Shown: piece by piece, positions 27,998 through 36,708 of the stretch
How positions within the stretch are numbered: position 1 is the first letter of the stretch
Layout: every line of letters starts with the position of its first letter
Origin: Dipteris shenzhenensis
Taxonomy: Eukaryota
Strand: one strand, 5' to 3'
Length of the DNA stretch: 64,000 bases
Assembly: GCA_047967505.1 (NCBI GenBank)
Contig: CM106538.1
Position numbers and translations under genes: made by a program
The notes under the pieces: generated by a model
Database searches by the model: none
Told to the model about the DNA's origin: nothing
The model's input: the letters and a program-made list of their open reading frames with translations, nothing else

Positions 27998-28584
27998 CAT
28001 ACATATGTATATATTGATGCATATATTGATGCATATCTTGATGTATATATTTATGCATACAGTTTTGATTGATGGAGAAATCAGGCATGAAAACCATCTA
28101 AATTGACTCTTGCCGTTCGATTTGATATAGGACATGATCCCATTGGGATTTGTAAGTCCAAAGATACGGGGTCTTACTTTTAGGACCTAAATTCCTGAAA
28201 TAGGTAGCTTGTCAATGTGCTGCCTATTTCATGCATTTAGGCCTCAAAAGTAGGACCTCATTTGGTCCTACATGGGGTCCTACTTTTGAGGCCTAAATGT
28301 ATGAAATAGGCAGTGCATTGGCACGCTGCCTATTTTAGGCATTCAAGCCCTAAAAGTAAGACCCCATATCTTTGGAATTACAAATCCAAATGGGGTCATG
28401 TCATACATCAAATCAAATGGCAAGAGCCAATTTAGATGTTTTCATGCCCATTTTATCAATTTAATAAAACTATATGCATCAAATAATGTTGTTTATCAAT
28501 TTTTGGCATACATCCCCAAAATCAAAACCCCCATTGGAAAGAAAGGTAAGGAACACAAGTGCTTGTTCTTATGTTCAGGAAACA
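20221..28584. repeat. Head-to-tail array of ~730-bp units, each with a long nested palindrome and a compound microsatellite (11 palindromes)
   Basis: Palindrome centres at about 20960, 21682, 22402, 23110, 23856, 24614, 25341, 26069, 26821, 27541 and 28267. Example: 25146-25535 has 193-bp arms around a 4-nt loop. The spacer is a conserved ~160-bp block plus (TATG)n/(TG)n/(TA)n. Confidence 0.97.
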
Positions 28585-29207
28585 TTAAAAAAGAGGCCTA
28601 GTAGCCCAAAAATGGCAGCGCATCAATGCACTATCATTTTTGGGTTGCCAGGTCTCTTTTTTGTTGTCTCACGAGCATACATATGGAGGTCATTATACAA
28701 TATAACTAAGAAGTAGTATTGAAGTAGTTCTACAATTTGGATGCATTAAGAGCATTCATATAGCAAGGAAGAATATAATAATTGAATAGATTTTTTTTTC
28801 AATACATATTGCTAGTGAGACTACCAAAAAGAGGCTCTACCCCTCATGATGTCTGTGGATACAGAATATGAGATTGCTTGAGGCTTGGATTGCAGCTGGA
28901 AACATTGCATGGGCAAAGCCACTATATGCCTCAAGTGTTGGAAATTGATATATGGCTCAAGTGCTAGAATGTGCAAATCATGGCCAAAATCAAGACCCCT
29001 TAGAGATTCCATGAGGGCTATCCTTTTACTACTACACACGTCACCTTTAGTCGAGGGCAGAACCATTCGTCGTCATAGGCAGCAGGTTCATGGGACCCCA
29101 TCCCATGATCCAAGGCATTATTCAAAGACAAAGTATTTCTGACCATTCCCAAATTGAGTTTGCCGATTCCTAATCTGATTGATTTCATTTACTGGACTTG
29201 CAATGCT

Positions 29208-29324
29208 TGCAAAGCCCTTGCTTAAGCTTGAATGAGCCTCTTGATTTTGGGGGTATAATGGTCAAAAATGGCTTAACACGCCCAAAATCAAGAGGCTCAT
29301 TCAAGCTTAAGCAAGGGCTTTGCA
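29208..29324. repeat. Perfect 44-bp inverted repeat with 29-nt spacer
   Basis: TGCAAAGCCCTTGCTTAAGCTTGAATGAGCCTCTTGATTTTGGG at 29208-29251; exact reverse complement at 29281-29324. Confidence 0.92.
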
Positions 29325-32057
29325 GGTCTTGTTTTTGGGTGGCAAAAGCACGAAAAATGACAGCACATTAAGGTGTTGCCATTCTTATGCTTCCCCCCTC
29401 CAAAAACAAGACCCCCAAGCTATTCATTAGAGACACCAAAATGAGGAGAAGGATGACGTGAGGAGTAGAGGAGCTGGCCAATGAGGGGAGGGACAGCCTT
29501 GGAATTGCCAGCAACAAGCATGATGCAAGGAGGTGAGAAGGCAAAGAAGCAAGGAGGTGAGGAGGTGAGGAAGCAAGGAGGCGAGGAGGCAAGAGGCAGT
29601 CTTGAAGGGCAACAAGAGGGTGGAGGTGGCTGAAAGAGTAAGCAAGAAAGGGAGGGATGGAGATTGCTTGTAGGAAATGCTTGGATTAATGCTACAAATG
29701 CCATTTTTTTGTGTGTATTTTGCAGCATGAAATGTTTATGGCATTTTTCTTTTAAAAAATACAAAATTGTTGTGATTAATTGCGCTACAAACAACTCAAG
29801 CCGTAAAGCACCATGGATTAGTACAACAATATACATCACAAATGGATGCATACACTCATATACATCACCGATGGATGCATACACTTATACTCACATCAAT
29901 TTCCAATATTGTATTAGATGGACCCTTAGCATATATGTGTGCATAGAAGACCATTTCCTACATTGATCCCTGATTTCATAGTTAAATTATTCCCTTTCTC
30001 ACATTCTAACATGTGAAGATTTAATGTACATGCATTATGGACACATTATATTGCAGTTTATGACTAACTTTTTTTATGAATGCATGATACTTGTATATGG
30101 TCAAGGAAGGTATATTATCATTTTTGAATGATAACATTACTCTATGCTCCATTTTATCCTATATTAGAAACTATGATCACTAGATATTACATAAATGTAT
30201 TGCTCCATTATATCCTATACTAAAAACTATTTTGACCCAAATACATAATGCCAATTGAGGTTAGTACTGATGACAAGTGATGAAAACAATCTAATGGTAT
30301 GAATGAGATCTTGTAAATTTTGGATATATAATATGGGTACTATGTTGATTGAGCTATTTTTCTAAGGGAATATTTTCAACTTAATTACTAAATACATACT
30401 TACAATGGTGACCTGATTCCCATCTATATGTATAATCAAGTTTTACTTTGTGTTTAAAAAAAAGCTTTTGCATAAGGTTAAAATTTGAATAGTATTTATA
30501 TTTGTTTAAGACTACCCATTGAGCTGGCTCCTATCCTTATATTGAACATGATAATGTTCATAAAGATTTTATGAATACAAATAGATAGCATTGGCTCTCT
30601 TTTTAGTGGTTGGGAATGAACCCTAAAAGTACCCTAAAATGACTATGTATTCCCTTATTTGTAGCATGGAAGTGATCATGGTAGAGTGGCATAATCCCTA
30701 TTTTGCATTTTTCATAGGTTCTTTTGCTACTCATGGTTGGCGGATACACCACGGCATAGATCCGAATAGATATTTGGTTTTTTGCTTCAACTTGCTTGAC
30801 TAGACTTTCCTTTATGATTGTTTGATTGTGCATGATGAGTAGTCACTGGCTTAACTGATGCATTAAGTGAAATGTTTTCCTTAAAGTTTTTCATACTACA
30901 AGATACGAGTTTGCTTATACGGGTGGAAATAAAAGCTTGTTAATGCCTGGTGCATATTTTTCGTTAGATGCAGTAGGATACTAGTTACCGAGTGTCTTTG
31001 CCAATTATTTCACTTGAATCATGCTCCTCTTATGCTTGAGTTTGTGGTCACGTATTGACTTTAACATAATAGTCTATAGGATACTGGATGAGCACTCAAC
31101 ATAGTCGTTAGATGCATTCATTTCTAGTTCCGATAGAACTATCATTCAGACATTGGTCATAGTAGAAATATGGAGGGCTAAAATCCTTTTTTGGCTCCCT
31201 AAGTTTTTTAAAGCATGGTATTGTCCAGATTACATAGGTATTTTCACTAAGCAAAATTAATCCTTATGATGAAAATGTGTTTTTTTTCTTTTGACATAGT
31301 TAGTTCTGTTTCCATGTTTTTGGATCGAATGTATGGATGATCTTCTGCAAGCATACTCCATAAAAGACATGATATGTATATGTAGCACATGATCATGTTT
31401 ACATATTTTCAGTCATATATTCTACATTGTGATCTATCATTATCTTGCTGTGTGGATGTTCAATCTGAGTAGTGTTTGCTTTTTTTATCGCAAATTTTAT
31501 GTATTGTTGTGTCTCTACCTCTCCACAACGACTCAAATTGATAGTATGGGGATGAAAGAGAAGTTAATTGTGAGTTTCAGGCATGCCTTCATTGTTGGAA
31601 TATGTTTAATTTGCTTATGATCACATCAATTGTTCCAATGATATTGAGAGGAATAAGATGCTGGATGAGGTTCTCGCTCGCTTGAAACCTATTTAATCTT
31701 GCTCGCTTATTTGGGGCTGCTCGCTTTTCTTCGCTCGCTTTTTGGTAATCCTCTAGTATGTGATTCAAGTTACACCTAGTAAACACCATGTGTGTTTGAA
31801 GGTTAAGAGGTGGAGCATGCAATAGAAGATGAGCAAATAGATGACATGAAAGCCAAAACTTTTGAGACACAAATGAGGATAGTTTGATCTCATTCAAAGA
31901 TTTTTCAAATGACCATAGTTTGGGAAATTTAGTATTTGCATTCATGGTTTCCTTTCGACTTAGGTACAAATTATTAGTAGAGTGATCACCAAGATCAAGA
32001 GGATGCACATGAATTATCAAAATCTTCACTCAACTTGATACTCTACCTAGGGGTTAA

Positions 32058-34199
32058 TGTTGGAGTTGCAAGAAGGATTGAGCAAGTGAAGCAAAAGAGA
32101 GAGTTTATTCAAGAGAGACAGGCCCAATATATAGGCTCCAATTACGTCCAGTAGTGACATCACATGTGAGCTCAGTAGAGCATCTAGATCCACAAATCTC
32201 TCAATCAGTTCCATGATTCTCTCAGTCACACACCACACACCTTGATTCACTCAATCACACCTACTGACACCTATCCAGGCACACCATTACATCAAGTTGT
32301 CCTTCATTCCCCCCCACAAATTGATGACCTTAACCCTAGCAGTAGTCCATGGGAAACTTCATGGCTTGCCCACCTCTAGTGGCAACACACATGATCCACA
32401 ACCTGGTACTCACTCTAGTTGCATCTGCAGTAGACTCATTTGGGCATCCTCATCCCAACATGATCTCACTCTGACTTTGGTTTGTTCGTTTACAATTGGG
32501 AGATAGACAATGACTATGCATGGGAATACCCTTAGATCCAACAAGGTAACACATAAGACTAACAATCATTTGAGGGGGGCATCCCAAGGCATCCCAAGGC
32601 AGAGAACCCTTATTGACCACACACACAAAAACATTCTAAGAGGAAGATGTGGGGAAATACCCCTCTTTGATGGCATATATTGTGCTTTTCCTTCTTCTCT
32701 TCCAAGATACCATAGTGTGAGGTTCATTGTCATTAGAGAGGTTCTTGGTGTAGCCAATCTTGTAACTCCTTTGCTCTTTGTCCTTCTCTACACTTTTTAA
32801 TGTATCTTGTCCATATTCTGCAATACAAGATCCTTGTAGTCCTTTACCTTCTTTGAGTGTCCAAGCCTTAAAAACATTTTGTGAATCATATGGACTGAAG
32901 AGGGTCTTACCACTTGCCATGCAAGGGCAGTGTCTACTCGTGTACAAGAAGTGGTCATGATTGTATGGCAAGGTATAGTCAACCAAATGCAAGTACATTT
33001 CATACATCATGAAAGATACATCTTTAAAATAAGAATCATAACGGTTGTAGTTGAAACCTTTGTTCCAATCATATCCATTGGAAATTATCATGCAAGTCAT
33101 GATATATTCTTTCGTCATGAAAGCTCTTGTCATAGTCAACTCACACTAGTCAACTAGTCAACAAGATAGTATGACTTGAAATCCACTTCAAAGTATCATA
33201 ACCTCAATATAAAAGATGAAAAATGCATTCAACTGAACTTCACAGAGCATTCTCACAACTGAAAAAGCAATCTTTGAATCTCTAATATGTACTTCAACTC
33301 CTCAAGCATCACCTTAGCATTTAGTGTAGCATCAACCTTCTAAAATAGTATAGAAATGCTTGCAAAAAACAGAGGAACATTGGAGGGTTGCTACCTCACT
33401 CCACAAAGCATCAAGTAGAGGGAATTTGCTGTGTAATCAAAGGTACTTGGAAGTAGAAGACTCAGTGCAAGTCTCAGATCAAATGAAGCTTCACACCTCC
33501 AGGGGTAGCATCATCTTCTCTGCCTCCAAAAACATGTCTTCTTCAAAACCCGACTGGTTTTTCTTTAGTTTCTCCTCATTCCCCTAACCATTTGCCCTCA
33601 AAATTCACCAGCACAAGTAGCCCATGGTCGCCTAAGTGCACCTTAGACCGTTTTTGAAATGGTGGCTCCAGTAAGTTGTATCATCAAAAATGGCACGGGA
33701 TAGGGCGAGTGTAAGCACGGGTTGTAGAGGCCATAATCCTTAAATTCCTCTCAAGTGGAAGTGCACCTTAACTGGGGGAATCTACACCTAAAAGGGATGG
33801 AGCAATGGTTCAGAGATGAAAGAGAACAAGCACTTGGAAATTTCATGGGAAGAAGAGGAAGAAAAGCTTCAAAAACGTCATGGTGAAGAAGATGATGACA
33901 TGGCACTCAAGGAGGTCTCAAGGAGAGTGAACCAAGGCTCTGATACCACATGTTGGAGTTGCAAGAAGGATTGAGCAAGTGAAGCAAAAGAGAGAGTTTA
34001 TTCAAGAGAGACAGGCCCAATATATAGGCTCCAATTACATCCAGTAGTGACATCACATGTGAGCTCAGTAGAGCATCTAGATCCACAAATCTCTCAATCA
34101 GTTCCATGATTCTCTCAATCACACACCACACACCTAGATTCACTCAATCACACCTACTGGCACCTATCCAGGCACACCATTACATCAAGTTGTCCTTCA
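32058..34199 (-). mobile_element. Complete non-autonomous LTR retroelement (TRIM/LARD-like)
   Basis: 249-bp LTRs 32058-32306 and 33951-34199 (TG...CA, 4 differences); minus-strand PBS at 33937-33948; PPT at ~32307-32317; TSD GTTAA at 32053-32057 and 34200-34204; no gag/pol motifs recognised inside. Confidence 0.95.
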
Positions 34200-34529
34200 G
34201 TTAAGAGGTATGAACACTTATTGACAAGTTGCATATCATAATAAGGCTTCCAAATGAGAATAGGTCATTGTATGGCCCTAGAGTTGGTGTGTAATAGTTC
34301 GAGTTCTTTCTTTCATGCTTATATTCACATTTTTTTCGACACATTTTTTGACACTATTGTTTTTCCAAGTCCCCTTCTTATGCTTATTTCGGCACTATTT
34401 GTTTCAATGCTACCTTAGCCACTAAATTCAACACTTATTATGATGCCCATCAAAGTTTCTTTCCTTTTTGTACCCATCAAGTTCTACATTAAAATTGTCA
34501 AAGATTAGAGTTTAAAAATTGTGCATAAT

Positions 34530-35030
34530 AAAGATTATGATGACTTTTACAATTGTTAGACTATTTTTTAAATGATTAAGATTCCCATTTTTACTTGGCC
34601 AGCACTAGAGAGTTTTTTGAGATTATGAAATCCTATGAAGCCATGTGGCAGGTTCTACAATGTTCGATGTCATGTCTAAAAAAAGTTAACATTGCTTGCC
34701 TAAGAATGAAGGATGATTTCGATAGATTTGTTGTGATACACTCAAGGCTAGAAATTTGCCTTATCATTTATAGAAACCAAGATCTCATGTCTATGCTGTA
34801 GCCTCTCTTGTATTTCTCAAAGTTCTATATGCTCATTTTTTTCTCAATTTGAGATATTTTAGCATAGATGCATATATTGATGCAAGCTTATTAAAAATTA
34901 TGACAAGATTCTCTAGCTGTCTAATGCTTGATGGTAGGGTGTTGAAGTTGTCTACAATGAAGTGGGATACTCATTGGCCTCTCCTATAGAATGATAGTTG
35001 GAACTTCAATATAGACAAGTAGACTATTGT
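34530..35030 (+). repeat. Dispersed repeat, possibly a decayed hAT-like transposase fragment
   Basis: Homologous to 15570-15870. Fragmentary translation (ASTREFFEIM...AMWQVL, HVYAVASLL) only loosely resembles hAT transposases, so the family call is weak. Confidence 0.4.
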
Positions 35031-35175
35031 CTTTATGTTGAACGTATTTTTAGAAAATATAATAAAAAGAGACTTGTATTCAGTATGACCAAGAACATAA
35101 AAAATGAGGTGAAACTCCGGTGATGAGAACAATATCCTGTGTAGGTAGAGATACTCTGGCTAAAAATAAAAGTAT

Positions 35176-35510
35176 TGAAGCGAGTTATTTGCATCAAAAG
35201 GCCCTATGGCTGTGTGCGAAAAGAGAAGTCCTCCATGAACCCACGCCCTCATGAAAGAAGCTCTCCTAGTATCAGCTTCTTGGGAGGAACACTAAATCCT
35301 ACTCTAGGTGGCCATGAGAATGCATACAATGTCATGTCAAATGAAGCGAGTTATTTGCATCAAAAGGCCCTATGGCTGTGTGCGAAAAGAGAAGTCCTCC
35401 ATGAACCCACGCCCTCATGAAAGAAGCTCTCCTAGTATCAGCTTCTTGGGAGGAACACTAAATCCTACTCTAGGTGGCCATGAGAATGCATACAATGTCA
35501 TGTCAAATGA
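35176..35510. repeat. Perfect 166-bp tandem duplication
   Basis: 35176-35341 is identical to 35342-35507, with TGA microhomology at the ends. Confidence 0.93.
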
Positions 35511-36708
35511 TTAAAAGAGATTGGGCTTGAGTCATCAATGGCCTCATTGCACCTGGTTTGTAACATTTTTGATTTTTTTGTTAGAAATCACCCCATCTTT
35601 AACTTGAGAAGAGATGAATAGGGTATTATTAGTTATAACTCTACAAGATGGTGTCTCACTTGAAAATCATCTAGGATTGCATGAATTTCTTCTATGTGGA
35701 TGCTTTCCCTTAGGGCTTCATGAAATTGTGGTGGCAAACAAAAGACATGAGCCTAAACGTGAGCAAGTGGTAGTTTTGAGGTAAGATTATCAAATACCAC
35801 AATGCCAAAAAGAGGATGAAGGTCTCCACACTTGCAAGTTCTCTTAACCATCCCTAGTCTTTTGGCCCTCTACAATGCACCATCAGATGCTTCCTTGGAA
35901 TGGGAATGGAGGCCATTCCAAGGGGAAAGTGCAGGCTTAAACACAAGAGAAGGCATCATGAGGCCCTTTCCTATTGATGGAGGTGACCACACTGTAGCTC
36001 CTTTTTGTAGTGAGAAGATTGGTTATGCATGCCACTATGGGAATTTTAGGTAGGGACAAATGGGTTTAACATGGTGAGTACGGAGGAATTCTCCTTGGAA
36101 TCTTGAAGATGTTAACAAAACTAACAGCACATTCTCTTAGGGGAAAGGGTGGGTAGACCATTGCTTTTTCTTGTAAGAGGTGAGAAATTCTACAAGATTT
36201 TGGCCCAAGTCTCGAGACCCACTCCCCTAGGAATGGCATTTCCAAGACGAAGGCTTCCAGATTTGTGCAAATAGCCTTTTCCTAAATATAAAGGCCTGAG
36301 GCCGATGGAGATTTAATCTCCGCCATCGGATTCAGACACAGTACTAGATTGGAACTGGCCCCCAAAGGACAAAAGATGAGAGTCCACCTAACGAACCCGT
36401 CCATAATATTTCTAACCAGCGCACAATTTAAATTTCGACCAAGGTTAGTTATTTAAACCCCTTCCTCTAGTCTTTCGACAGCTCACCAGATTCTGGTCAC
36501 GTTCCTTCCCGGTAAATCTTTCCTGTCTCGTCTTCTGAGCCCCAAGGATGGTCTCCCGGCCGTCATTTCCTTGGTGTGTAGCTTGCTGATGCCACTTTAC
36601 ACCAGAGCGTTCGTCCTTTGCTGATTTAGTAGCTTTCGACTTTGTGACCCAATTTCCCGGCATGATGCCAATAGGTTCATGGGTGGCATCTAGAGGAATC
36701 ACTTCCGG

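Noticed and set aside
20147-28135. Dozens of ORFs rich in MYVC, YIYI and HTHT
   Set aside because: They are translations of stop-free microsatellites and palindrome arms in many frames on both strands, not genes.
20221-28584. Integrated parvovirus or rolling-hairpin replication concatemer
   Set aside because: No Rep or capsid ORF is present, and spacers are all head-to-tail, whereas rolling-hairpin concatemers alternate orientation. The comparison is kept only as a structural analogy.
20221-28584. Tandem 5S rRNA, tRNA or snRNA gene array
   Set aside because: No recognisable RNA gene or internal promoter boxes in the unit.
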